From contig NC_057750.1 in NCBI RefSeq assembly GCF_004010195.1, forward strand, positions 13,927,518-13,968,707: a stretch of DNA of 41,190 bases. The letters run 5' to 3'. Positions within the stretch are counted from its first letter, which is position 1. Each line of letters begins with the position of its first letter. Under the pieces are notes generated by a model. The model was not told where the DNA came from, searched no databases, and saw only the letters and a list, made by a program, of their open reading frames with translations. Origin of the DNA: Chiloscyllium plagiosum (taxonomy: Eukaryota). Below are positions 20,475 to 32,199 of the stretch, one piece after another. The translations under genes were made by a program, and so were the position numbers.

Positions 20475-22984
20475 ATAATGAAAGGAATAGATAGAGTCAA
20501 TAGCCAGAGACTTTTCCCCAGGGCAGGATTGACTGGTACGAGAAGTCATAGCTTGAAGATATTAGGAGGAAGGTATAAAGGTGACATCAGAGGTAGGTTC
20601 TTTACACAGAGAGTTGTGAATGCATGGAATGTGTTGCCAGCTGTGGTGGTGGAAGCAGAGTCATTGGGTAGGGAGCGACTGCTGGACATGCACATGGATA
20701 GCAGTGAGTTGAGGAGTGCGTAGGTTAAATTACTCTATTTTACAGGATTAAACCGCGTCACAACATCGTGGGCCAAAGGGCCTGTTCTGTGCTGTACTTT
20801 TCTATGTTCTAAAGCAGAAAGCGCTGGAGAAACTCAGCAAATCTGACATCTGTGGAGAGAAAAAGGAATGTAGAGTTAATGTTTCAAGCCCATTGTCAGA
20901 ACTGTTCAGATAAAGCAAACCTGTTCTGCTCACCGTGAGCATGCTGGTTGCTACTGTTCACCCTCATTCTGCAGCTAGTTTCAGTGCAGAATAGAATACT
21001 CTCCAGATCATAAACACTGAGAGTTAGTTCCAAGCTCCGCCTAAAATCAACGTCCCTCCTCTCACGCCACATATTCCCTTCATATCATATTCCCTTCCCC
21101 TTCAAATTCGCTTTGGTATACCTGTCTCTCTCAACTTCATCAGCTTTAAGCCTCCCTATCCAAGCCTTCCATTTAACTCTCAATGTCTCCTACACACCCC
21201 AGCCCTTGTTCTGATGCACAGCTGATCTCTTCCCACCCCATTAAAGCCTGGTTGGCAGTGATTCCCGAACCTACTGCCACCTCACCGCCCCCCTCCCTTA
21301 GTACCTCGGGTCCTCCCGTATTGTTGTCTGATCCAGCTCCATACCCTCAGGGCCCACCTGTTACCCCAAGCTGCAGTTCCTGGGTCTACAGATGGGCTGG
21401 AAGGAGCTTGATCTGCAGGGACCCTCCGCGCCTGGAAGGTTTTGTGTGCACCAACCCCGGGGGCGGGGGTGTTGCTGTCTGGAGTACTCAGACTCTCTGA
21501 GAGTGTCCTGTACAGATGTAGATTCACATTCCTCAGTTGCAATGCTACAGAGTTGGGGGAGCACAGGCAGACTGGAGGTGGTCTTCTCTGGAGAGGGGGT
21601 TGAGAAGAGAGGGTGGTGGTGTATTCCCCATCTATCTGGTTGCCAGCTGGTACCAGCCTGTATCCTTGGAAGGACGGGCACCTGGATTGAGCTCCTGAGT
21701 TCCCTGTGCCCTGTGACTCTGCTGCTGATGCTGAGAGACAATGGCTGCAGCCATGGGGTAAATCTCTGGGGGCAAATCCAGCAGCCACTGGGCATTTAAT
21801 CGGAACTGCCTCCCCATGCCGGCCACTAACCTGCCCCAATTTGGCAGCCAGTTGGTTCTGAGAACATTGGTGGACTCCTCTAACTGTCAAGGCCAGTTTT
21901 CTAAGTGCCCCTCTGTAAGTAATGACCATAGGGATCCTCCCTTCCTGGGGCTCAGCAAGGGAGGAGGTGGGTGGATGATGTCCTCTCAACAAACCTCTGA
22001 GCTGGCACAGGAGGCAGCCTGGCCAGTTTATCCTCAGGAGAACTGGTGCTTTCTCCTTCAGGGATGGAAGAGAAGCTAATAGAGTGAGGAGCTGGCATCT
22101 CTACGGGTGCTGCACAAGAGATGAGAGGTGCAACATGGGTAGGAGATTGAGCATGTTACACATGGTTTCCCAGTGGTGTGAGGGGAGACTAGCACAATAC
22201 AACTTACTTGGCCACTTGATATGAAGGTCTTGGCCATCTCTTAATGAGTGGCTCCCATCCTCTTCCATAAATTCAAGTATTTCCTTTTAGTAGCAGAGCA
22301 GGGAGACAAATATTGCCAACCCCAGTTCCTAGCTTTGCCCTCTCTGCCCTATGATGCAACATCATCTCCTCCAATGAGGCAGGAGATGTCGCGTTGGTAC
22401 ACAAGCGGGAGAGGTTGCCAAAATATGCCCACTGAGTGAGTGGGAAGTGCAGAGGGCAGGGAGGGTTTGTTGTTCAGGGAGGACGAGAGTGATTAGATCA
22501 TGCATCTTGATGGGAAGTGGGTGCAATGGCTGACTCCTACCAGTATGTGGTCCAGCAGAGAGACAATGCCACTGGTGGTGCGCCAAAGGGCATTGAACTT
22601 CTTATGGCACTGCTGAACAATTCAGCCAACCGTTGACCTGCCTGTGATCTGGGATAGAATTGTAGCTGGGTACAAGAGGAGGCCATTTGACTTGGGTATG
22701 TATCACTGTCCACACTGGCCGTGTCTGGTCTCAGCTGACAGACCAGGGGCAAGAGGGTGGTCCTCCCCTCCAACACCCCAGCGACCCCAAGCTCCAGTTC
22801 TCTGTTTGTGAGCTGGAGTGCCAACTCTCCTACCTCAGCCATTTCCTTTGGTCTCGAGATACACTCAGAATTGATGATTCCTACCTCACAATTTTTGATA
22901 TGAGACCAACCAAGGTTTAAATATGGTACCCACGATGCCAATGCCAGATGGACCCAGTGGTATGAGGTACAGCACAAGAATAGA

Positions 22985-23250
22985 GTTGCTATAGTGTGCA
23001 AAAAGTGGCCATTCAGCCCATCAAGTCTGCACCAACCCTCCAAAGAGCATTCAAACCCATCCCTGCAACCCCACATTTAGGGTGGCCGATCCACCTAACC
23101 TGCACATCTTTGGACTGTGGGAGGAAACCCTCACAGACACCAGGGGGAGTGTGGAATCTCCACATGGACAGTCAACCGAAGGTGGGATCGAACCCAGGTC
23201 CCTGGCACTGTGAGGCAGCAGTGCTAATCATTGAGCCATTGTGCCTCCAA
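22985..23250 (-). mobile_element. HE1-type V-SINE (diverged)
   Basis: Homologous to the other HE1-type copies, with internal deletions. Confidence 0.8.
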
Positions 23251-23351
23251 CTTGAGTGTGCAATGTACCGTGAAAGCCATCGTGGACCCTGGGAGCATCT
23301 TTAACATGCAGTAGAAGGTTGCTTGAGGATAGAACAGCATCGCTTGGGAAG

Positions 23352-23648
23352 CAGGGTGGCACAGTGGTTAGTACTGCTACCTCATAGCACCAGGTACTTA
23401 GGTTCACTTCCAACCTCGGGTGACTGTCTGTGTGGAGTTTGCACATTCTCCCCATGTTTGCGTGGGTTTCCTCTGGGTGCTCCGGTTTCCTCCCACAATC
23501 CAAAGATGTGCAGGCCAGGTGCATTGGCCATGCTATAGTTTCCAGGGATGTGTAGGGTAGGGGAATGGATCTGGGTGGAATATTCTCGGGAGAGTTGATG
23601 TGGATTTGTGGAGCTGACTGGCCTGTCTGCACAATGATAGCCACTATG
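23352..23648 (+). mobile_element. HE1-type V-SINE
   Basis: GGGTGGCACAGTGGTTAGTACTGCTACCTC...GGAGTTTGCACATTCTCCCC. Confidence 0.88.
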
Positions 23649-23984
23649 GCCCAGAGAGGGAAACCCTCCATGAAACTCATTGAAGCTACCACTTTGCTAA
23701 AATATGGGAAAAATCAGCTGAAGAGCATTGGAATTCATAGCCAAGTCCTGATGGCAAATATTAAGGCGGCTGATCAAAAGCTGACCCAAACAGGTACAAT
23801 TTTACACAGTGTCTTAAAGCAGGAGAGAAAGGAGGTGAAGCTGAGAGCGATAGGAAGGGAATTCTCAAGCCTGGGGCACCGGTAGCTGCAGATATTACCA
23901 AGTCTACATGGCCTCAGCATGGATTTTCAGGCAATTCCTCAAAGTGCAGTGCAATCATGCTGAAGTACTTCAGAAAGACTAAAA

Positions 23985-24480
23985 TGTTTGAACTTTCACC
24001 TTTATCTCATTTTCAACTTCAAACTGAGAAGGTCTGTACTGTGTAACTTTTAACTTAATTTTGTATGTTTTATGCTGTACTATAATTGCTGCTATGTTTA
24101 AGTTTTAACTTTGTTCTTTCTCTCTCCCTTGTTCTTGCGATTCTGTACCTGGGTACTTAGAGTCATACAGTTATATAGTCCAACATCTCGGAGACAGGCT
24201 CTTTGGTCCAAACTGGTCCATGTCAACCAAAATGTCCATTCATGCTAACCCCCATTTCCCTGCACTTGGCCCATATTCTTCTCAACGTTTCCTATCCATG
24301 TACCTGTCCAAAGGCCTTTTAAATGTTGCTAATGTACCCGCCTCAAACACTTCCGCTGGCAGCTCATTCCATACGTGCACCACCCTCTTGTACCTAAGTT
24401 GGTGCCTTGCGTGGTGACATCATACATTTTTCTCTGTAGTTCCTGTACTTTTGTCCTCGAGAATAAACTCAAATTCAAAA
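23985..24480 (+). mobile_element. Second copy (3' part) of the 7250-7855 element, interrupted by a minus-strand CR1 tail at ~24158-24388
   Basis: Shares TAACTTTTAACTTA...TGTACC..GGTACT | TGTACCTAAG..GG.GC with 7695-7772. Confidence 0.55.
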
Positions 24481-25220
24481 GCATTGCACACTGGGCATGG
24501 ATGAAGACTTGAACTGGAGACATGTCAAATTCTGAGGCAGCTTGTTGACAGGAATGGAAGAGATTAGAGAGATCGGGAAATGGAAGGGACTGGAGCCATA
24601 GAGGAGGGTTTTTAAATTGTGACCGTGAGTATGGCACTGAGGAGGGGATGAGAATCGCTGTGGGTTTGGACGTGAGGAGCAGGTCTGAATGAGCTGACAT
24701 TTATTGGGAGTGGACAAGAGGAACAGCAGATTCATTGAGTCTGGAGTCAACGAAATGATGGACACGGATTTCAGGGTCTGGCGGAATAGGTGTGAAATGT
24801 TTAGAAACAGGCACAATGACACTTTGCAGAGTGGATTCCATAACAAATATCAAACCACGGTTATCAGAGATATCCAGGGTAGCAGAGAACCAGTAAAGCA
24901 TATTGCTGGAGAAACTCAGTAGATCCAGAGCATCTGTGGAGAGAGGAAGCAGAGTCCGGTATCCTTTCTTTGGAACTCTGCTTTCTTCTCATAAATGCTG
25001 CCAGACTTACTGAGTTTCTCCAGCAATTTTCTGTTTCAGATTTCCAGTTGTTTGTTTTATTTTTGAACAAGGGGATACTTTATAATCCCATTCACTCCGA
25101 GAGTGAAGACAATTGCCTTTGAGACATTGTGGCACCATGCTCTATCTATTCCAGGGTTTTAGTTAATTGTTAGAAGCTCCTAAATATATCCAAAAGAAAA
25201 GATTAAAGCAAAGAGCTAAC

Positions 25221-25307
25221 CTTTGTTTTCTCCACAACTGCAAGTCTCTCACCGTGCCTCGTTAAGTTGTACATAGCTTTAATTAGCAAGAATATTTCCT
25301 CTTCCAT
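25221..25307 (-). CDS. Candidate first coding segment of an unidentified gene (MEEEIFLLIKAMYNLTRHGERLAVVEKTK), within candidate exon 25619-25221
   Basis: Non-repetitive island. Acceptor CTGTGTCTTCTCGCAG ends at 25620, ATG is in strong context (AAAATGG), donor AAG|GTTAGC is at 25221/25220, phase 0. No homology recognised. Confidence 0.35.
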
Positions 25308-26214
25308 TTTCCAATCAGATCGATTTTAAGCTTCATTTCCTCATTTTCCAGTTCCAGTCATAATTCAAATCTCATCTGCTCTCTTCAACCAGCTCCTTCT
25401 CGCTGTTCCAGGAGGACAATAGTTTTTTACAAGGACATCTCGCTGATGTCATGTCCTTTCTCAACTAGACTTTGCTAGAATTCCCTTGGCGACACCATCA
25501 GATGACAGGTCTCATTTCTAGAGGCACCAAGGACCTGCTGGTTGAGAAGTGTGCACGGATACCAAGCTGTGCCAAAGCAGCTTTGGAAACAACGGTGCCA
25601 AGTTTGGTCAACACACCAGCTGCGAGAAGACACAGACGATGATGACTCGGTGGAAACAGTCAGCTACCCACCATCACCACTGGGCAAGAGTACATCAAGG
25701 GCAACGATAAAATAGAGAGCCGTGGATGCTGGAGAGCTGAAACGCACAAAAGCAGAAATTGCTGCAGAAACACAACAGAGTTCTTCAGGAGGGTCATTAA
25801 CTCTGTTTTCTCCCACCGTAGGCCTGCTGAGTTTGGGTAGTGAAAGTAATCGAGGTTCTGAAGCAAAAAGAAGCAATAATTACTGGAGAAACTCAGCAGG
25901 CCTGTGGTGGGAACAAGTGTTGAGAGGGTGTTGCTGGAAAAGCACAGCAGGTTAGGCAACAGAGTTAACATTTCAAGTCAAGTGACCCTCCTGAAGAACT
26001 CTGATGCGTCTTCTCCAGTAATTAATGTTTTCCTTGAAATCGTGGAGGAAGATAATGTAGAGATTGGTGTCCACACAAGAATTGGCAAAGCAGATTTGTG
26101 TTGTATAAGACGCGGAAAGGGTTAATATGATTAAGATGCATTGACTTGATCTTGAATGAGTCAGACCTAACATCAAGGCCACCATCAAGTCTCAGTAACA
26201 ATGCCAAGCACACC

Positions 26215-26570
26215 TAACAGTCAAACAGCACGGTAACAGGCCCTTCTGTTCAACTCGTCTACACCAACAAAGTCTCTGAAACTAAACTAGTCCCACTTGC
26301 CTGCATTTGGCCCATATCCCTCTAACCTTTTCCTCTTCAAGTACCTATCCAAATGTCTTTTAAATGTTGTAACTGTACCTGCATTTTCCACTTCCTCTAG
26401 CAGTTCATATGAACCACTCTCCGTGTCAAAAGGTTGCCCCTCAGGTCCCTGTCAAATCTTTCTCCTTTCACCTTAAAGCTAAGCCCTCTGATTTTGAACT
26501 ACCTCACTCTCGGGAAAAGACTATTGCTATCCACCTTATCGATGCCCCTTATGCTTTCGTAAATACTACA
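26215..26570 (-). mobile_element. CR1 3' end
   Basis: Reverse-complement match to the CR1 ends at 18360-18720 and 29340-29697. Confidence 0.85.
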
Positions 26571-26939
26571 AGCTACATCTTGTTTCAGAGTGTCTTCTCG
26601 TTAGGCAGTCTAATGGTTTACTACCAACACCCTAGACCAAGCAAGCGCTGTGGTTCCCAAACTAAAAGGGTTAGCTTAGTTTGGAAACATGGCCGGCAAG
26701 GATCGATTAAACCGCTGGGTCTGTTTCCATGCTGTCTGACTCTATGACTCTAATTGTCCTCAATATTGACTCTGAACTGCATGAAGCCTGAAGGTATCAG
26801 GGCACACATGGGCAGTACGTCTCACCTCTCATAACTAATAGTCAGCTAGCACATACAACATGGTGAGCAGTGATGAACATTCATCTGACAACACATTGGT
26901 CTTCCAGCAGCTCCACATCCAGTACCATCAATCCAGCAA

Positions 26940-27090
26940 TGAGGCTCTACATGCCCTGAGTCCATACACCAGAGATGAATGGAAGAGTGTCATGAAGTTG
27001 TCAAGAAAATTGGACATCTTTTACAAGAACTGCTTCAGTGGGATCCTGGACATCAGATGGAGCCCAAGTTGAGCACCTAAATGAAAGGAC
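26940..27090 (+). mobile_element. Highly degenerate RTE-like LINE remnant (related piece at ~26035-26200)
   Basis: EWKSVMKLSRKLDIFYKNCFSGILDIRW and EIGVHTRIGKA resemble RTE post-RT motifs. Confidence 0.4.
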
Positions 27091-28325
27091 TCCAGACTAT
27101 AGGGTTTGAACTGCTGTGGCCTGCTTACAATCGCTGCCAAAACAATTGTAACTAGTAACATTCCCAAACAAAACCCATGGCCAGAACAGTGAACTAATGA
27201 GTTTACATGGCAAGAAGAGGTTGATTGTGCAATGGAGGGTTGAACCACACATGACCTTGCTAACATGTGGGAGTGGGAGTGGTGGGGGGGGCACCTTTAT
27301 TAGGAATTCAGGTGAACGATTAGAAAGTGGAACCATTCCTGAAATGTGCAAGCAATTTGTACCAAAGATTCGGTGAACATATCCATGTTTAAAGCTACAA
27401 AATTGCCACAGTTTCAATCTTTGTCCATTAGCTCATGATTTATTTATGTTACTGAGCTTCTCAGGGACTTTGAAAGATGTTTGTTTCACAAGCGCGGAAT
27501 GTAAATTCCTGACATTAGCACTACCAGATGTCTGTGCTTGGAACTTAATGCAAACATTTCAAAATATCGAACTTTAAAATAAAGCCACATCCGTCAGGAG
27601 ACATCCCGATTCTGCTAAGATTTTGCGTCCAAACCCCTTTATTCCTTCCCTGTCTTTGGCCAATTTCGGGCGACTCATTTCTTAATATCTTCCAAGGTCC
27701 TTGACAAAGCGGCTCAAGGCTCAAGTTAACATTTCGGAAGAGGAGAACGGGTCTGGTGCGACGCATTTTGAGATTAGGAAATGCTGGGGCAGGAAGTGAG
27801 ACATGTTAAGGTTACAGTTGTTGGGTATTTTGACACCATGAATCATGATCATTTATTTACTTCCAACAATGCAGAATCACCAAGCAGAAACTGAGAGCTG
27901 GGTTCCATACCCATGAAGATAGCCTCAATTGTGATCTTGGGTTAGTGTCACACTACATGTAACCCCACCACACTGTTCTGCATTTGTATACTCTTCTTAC
28001 TGTCCTGTTTTGACACCATCACTTTGACAACTTGTTACAAGCTCTCTACCCAAGTTAATTTGTACTATTTTGGATTACTTATTACTTTGGTTTGACTCTC
28101 GGCATGTGACTGTCATTCCTGTCATGTTATTCCAGACATTCGTTGTGTCTCCTGCACCACCTTATTCTTAAATTGGTGCAATCATCTCTCTGCCTCAAAT
28201 AATCAGATCACAGACGATCCCTCCACTTGCTGTTTAGCTGTTGACACTTTACCCTCACTGTCAAAAAGCGTGACGCTGGAAAAGCACAGCAGGTCAGGCA
28301 GCATCCGAGGAGCAGGAGACTCAAT

Positions 28326-28610
28326 TCAAAGTTTGGGAGAAGATTTGTAGCTCGGGTGCTCGTTGTTGTGGTTCTGTTCGCCGAGCTGGGAATTTGTGTT
28401 GCAGACGTTTCGTCCCCTGTCTAGGTGACATCCTCAGTGCTTGGGAGCCTCCTGTGAAGCGCTTCTGTGATCTTTCTTCCGGCATTTGTAGTGGTGGAGG
28501 AAACATCACAGAAGTGCTTCACAGGAGGCTCCCAAGCACTGAGGATGTCACCTAGACAGGGGACGAAACGTCTGCAACACAAATTCCCAGCTCGGCGAAC
28601 AGAACCACAA
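28326..28610. mobile_element. PLE family C fold-back with two intact hammerhead motifs
   Basis: ~120-bp inverted arms. TSD CAGGAGA(C/G)TCAAT at 28313-28325 and 28611-28623. One-sided ~36-nt tail. Assigned to PLE from architecture only. Confidence 0.8.
28536..28575 (+). ncRNA. Minimal hammerhead ribozyme motif (family C; mirror copy at 28401-28440, minus strand)
   Basis: GCA-CTGAGGA-T-GTCACCT-AGAC-AGGGGAC-GAAAC-GTC-TGC. Stem I is GCA/TGC. Confidence 0.72.
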
Positions 28611-29184
28611 CAGGAGAGTCAATGCTTCAGGCATAAGCCCTTCATCAGGAGACTGCTCCCCGGATGCTGCCTGACCCGCTGTGCTTTTCCAGCGCCACAC
28701 TTTTCGACTCTGACTCTCCAGTATCTGCAGGCCTCACTTTCTCCCACTCTACTCACACCATCTGACACTTTTGATGGCCTCTTTTTTATTCAGCCTGTCA
28801 CTCCACTCATACCATTTATATAATCTTTCGATCTCTCAGCCTATAAATTCTGTGCTTGTGTGTTTATTCTCACTTCGCCTGACGAAGGAGAGGCACTCCG
28901 AAAGCTTGTGATTTCAAGTAAACCTGTTGGACTATAACCTGGTGCCATGTGACCTCTGGCTCGGTCCACCCCGTCCATCGCCAGCCTCTCGACAAGATGA
29001 TTCCAATGCAAGATAAAGAGTTCAAGTCAAACTCTCATAATTCAGAACAAAATGGATAGGAGTAAAATTAAAGCAAAATACCCCAATAGATGCTGGAGAT
29101 CAGAAATAAAAGCAGGAAGTGATGGAGGAACTCAGCAGGTCTGGTAGCAATAGTAAAGAAGGAATCACAGTATCTCTTCTAGAG

Positions 29185-29697
29185 TACTGTGTCATTCTCA
29201 TCACCCAGTTATCAGAAGGATATTAATAAACTGCAGAGGGTTCAGAAAGGATTTACCAGAATGTTGCCAGAAATGGAAGGTATGAGTTATAGAAATAACT
29301 TGGAAAGACTGGGACCTTTTTCACTGTTTAAGCTCACTGTTATAGAGGTTTATAAAATCATGAGGGGCACGGATAAGATGATTTTTGACAAGGGTCTTTT
29401 CCCCAGGGTGGGAGAGTTCAAGATGCTGGGACATATTTGTAAGGGTGAGAGGAGAAGATTTAAAACGGACACGAGGAACAACTTTTTTACATAGAGAGTG
29501 GTTCATGTGTGGAATGAATTTCCAGAGAAAATGGTGGATTCAGGTACAGTTACAAAGTTTAAAAGACATTTGGATAAGTTCATGAATAGGAAAGGTTTGG
29601 AAGGATATGGGCCAAAGGGGGCCAAGTTTAGTTGAGGAACATTGTCGGCATGGACTGGTTGGGCCGTAGGGTCTGTTTCCATGCTGCATGACTCTAA
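29185..29697 (+). mobile_element. CR1 3' end
   Basis: SPSYQKDINKLQRVQKGFTRMLPEMEG...IEVYKIMRG, followed by a CR1 3' UTR. Confidence 0.9.
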
Positions 29698-30419
29698 TTA
29701 TCCTCAATAGTGACTCTGAACTATATGAAGCCTATATCAGAGCACACATGGGCAGGAAACTCTTTAGTGATCACCAGTTCCTGCACCTCCACCCCTTCAA
29801 CTGTTGAATCAGCAATCCTCCACACTGGACAACTCTTGGAGGAGGCACTGAAGGTGGCAAGGGCACAGTATGTACTCTTCAATGCCCAACAGTAGCTTGG
29901 CAGCAGCTGGTTGGATCCTAAAGGACATTTCTGTGAGACTGGGTCAACAGCACATGGTGATGGAAACCAGCAAGAGAAAAAGAAATGCCTAGTTGGCTTT
30001 GCCCTCATTAATCAAACTGTTGTGCATAGATCTGTCCATGATAATAAGGTAGGGGCACCCACTATCTTAAGGAGTCCCACCTTCACACTGAGGACCGTCT
30101 ATCATCTGGTGTGGCATTACCATCGCGCTGAAAAGGATAGATTCAGAACAGAGCTAGAAATTCAAAGCTGACATCATGGCATATGCTCCAACCTTCAGGA
30201 TATTAAGGAATAGTTCTGAAATAGGGTCTCGGGACCCGAAACATTGACTCTGCTTTCCCTCCCTGGATGCTGTCAGCCCTGCTGAGCTTCTCCTGCAATT
30301 TCCAGCATCCACAGTGCTTTGTTTTACATTAAAGAATATTATCTTGGGAGGAGTGAACCAGAATTGTTAGTGTCCTGTGCTGAACTCACTCTTAAGATGA
30401 GACAAGACAGAATTAGAGA

Positions 30420-31150
30420 TTTGTTATAGTGCAGAAGAAGGATATTCAGCCCACCGTGCTTGTACCAGATCTATCCCGTGATGCCACCCTCATGCCTTTT
30501 CCCCATATCCCTGCACACCATTACTACCCAAATCACCATTCAATGTTCCTCTTAAACGCCTCAATTGCCTCCACCACATTTCCAGGCAGTGGATTCCACG
30601 CTCTAACTACACGCTGCATGAAAACGTTTTTCCTCATATCACCCTTGTTTCTTTTACAAATCATTTTAAATGTGTGCCCCTGTCAATCTTGTTTCTTTTA
30701 CATCTGGGTACAGCTCCTCCCTACCTACTCTCTCCAGCCTCACTCATGACTTTGAAACCCTCGATCAAATCCCCCTCTCAGCCTCCTTCTCTCTGAGGAG
30801 AACTGTCCCAACTCCTTCCATCTATCCTCAGGACGTCCCATTCCTGAAACGGTTGCAGTAAATGACAGCTGCCCTCTTTTCAGTGTTTTCACATCTTCCT
30901 TATTATGTGGTGCCCAGAACTGTACACACTGAGGTCTAATACAGGTCTTGTACAAGTTCAACATCACCTCCTTGCTCTTGTTATCTATGCCCCTATTAAT
31001 AAAGCTGAGGTCGCTGCATGCTTTATTAAGTCTCTCCCTGCATAGATCACCTTCAGTGATCTGTGCACATATACATCCAGGTCTCTGCTCCTACACCCCC
31101 TTTAGCATTGCACCCTCTATTTTATATTGGCTTTCATTGTTCTGACTAAT
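30420..31150 (-). mobile_element. Older CR1 3' portion
   Basis: MLNLYKTCIRPQCVQFWAPHNKEDV...LGQFSSERRRLRG. Confidence 0.85.
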
Positions 31151-31297
31151 GTGCAGCACAACCATGTCTCTTAGATGGTAGTTTTCCTAACTATTTAGTT
31201 ACGTGTAATCAATGCATTTCTGGTTCGCGAACACTCAGATTATTTTCTTCCTCAGCCATTGTGTGGGTATTCTTCCCCAAATGCTAGCAGCAGTTTA

Positions 31298-32065
31298 AAT
31301 TTGAATTGATTTATTATTGTACCTAGCTACAGTGAAAAGTTTTGTTTTGTGTGCAATACATGCAAATCACTCCATACAAAGTGCATTAGGGCAATAGAAC
31401 AGAGCTGCAGAGAAGGTGCACAAACAACGAGATCAACACTAAATTTGAAATTAGAGAGGTCCATTCATAAGTCTAACAACAGCAGCGATAAAGCTGTCCT
31501 CGTATCTGTTGGTACGTGTGTTTAAGCTTTTGTAACGTCTGCCTCACGGAAGAGGTTGGAAGAGACTATAACCCCTGGGGTGGGAGGGGTCTTTGATTGC
31601 ATTGGCTGCTTTCCCAAGGCAGTGGGAAGTGTAGATGGAGTCAATGGATGGGAGGTTGGTTTGAGTTAGGGACTAGGAGAAAGTGAGGACTGCAGATGCT
31701 GGAGATCAGAGCTGAAAATGTGTTGCTGGAAAAGCGCAGCAGGTCAGGTAGCATCCAAGGAACAGGAGAATCGACGTTTCGGGCATAAGCCCTTCTTCAG
31801 GAATCCTATAGAAGGGCTTATGCCCGAAACGTCGATTCTCCTGCTCCTTGGAGGCTGCCTGACCTGCTGCGCTTTTCCAGCAACACATTTTCAGCCTTGA
31901 GTTAGGGACTAAGCCATGTTCACGATTCTCTGTAGTTTCTTGCAGTCTTGGTTAGAGCAGTTGCTATACCAAGCCGCGATGTTTCCAGATGGAATACTTC
32001 TGATGGTGCATCTTTGTGGACATGTTGAATTTCCTTCGCCTCCTGAGGCAGTAGACTAAAAACGG
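31298..32065 (-). mobile_element. Rex1/Babar LINE 3' portion, interrupted by a PLE fold-back
   Basis: Minus strand degenerate AWYSNCSNQDCKKLQRIVN...LPSIDSIYTSHCLGKAANAIKDPSHP...LP.GRRYKSLNTRTNR, followed by a Rex-like tail. Confidence 0.8.
31676..31896. mobile_element. PLE family A fold-back with 15-bp TSD
   Basis: Inverted arms at about 31711-31798 and 31810-31895. TSD TTGAGTTAGGGACTA at 31661-31675 and 31897-31911. Intact hammerhead motif at 31769-31804 on the minus strand. Confidence 0.92.
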
Positions 32066-32199
32066 CAAGAAAGATTGGCGCTAGTGAGTCTACCCAAGAC
32101 ATCTCAAATGCTTCTGGCAGAACCCTACCCTTCCCAAGGACGGAGAACTATCAAGAACAACAGACTGAACTAGCTTCAGGCATCATTAGGAAAAAAAAT

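Larger units (their letters stand above)
18796..20810 (+). pseudogene. 5'-truncated CR1 LINE with reverse transcriptase ORF2 (disrupted)
   Basis: RT motifs KSPGPD, NYRPVSLTS, YLDFSKAFDRVPH, QGSVLGPLLF and FADDTK. Premature TAG at 19777-19779, frameshift near 19945, PLE insertion at 20267-20474, natural stop at 20723. Possible TSD TCTAAAG at 18789-18795 and 20808-20814. Confidence 0.95.
28260..28744. mobile_element. PLE family A fold-back, interrupted by family C
   Basis: Left arm 28260-28325 plus 28624-28650. Right arm 28651-28744 carries the terminal tail. Confidence 0.8.
28000..28995 (+). mobile_element. PLE family B terminal region hosting two nested insertions
   Basis: 28876-28995 matches 20359-20470. 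Hammerhead motif CTGACGA-A-GGAG-AGGCA-CTCC-GAAAG-CTT at 28879-28907. The 5' boundary is approximate. Confidence 0.65.

Noticed and set aside
21180..22950. GC-rich block with many overlapping ORFs (possible decayed Harbinger-type transposon)
   Set aside because: No diagnostic transposase motif could be confirmed by eye, and ORF density is explained by GC content. Needs a Dfam or TBLASTX search.
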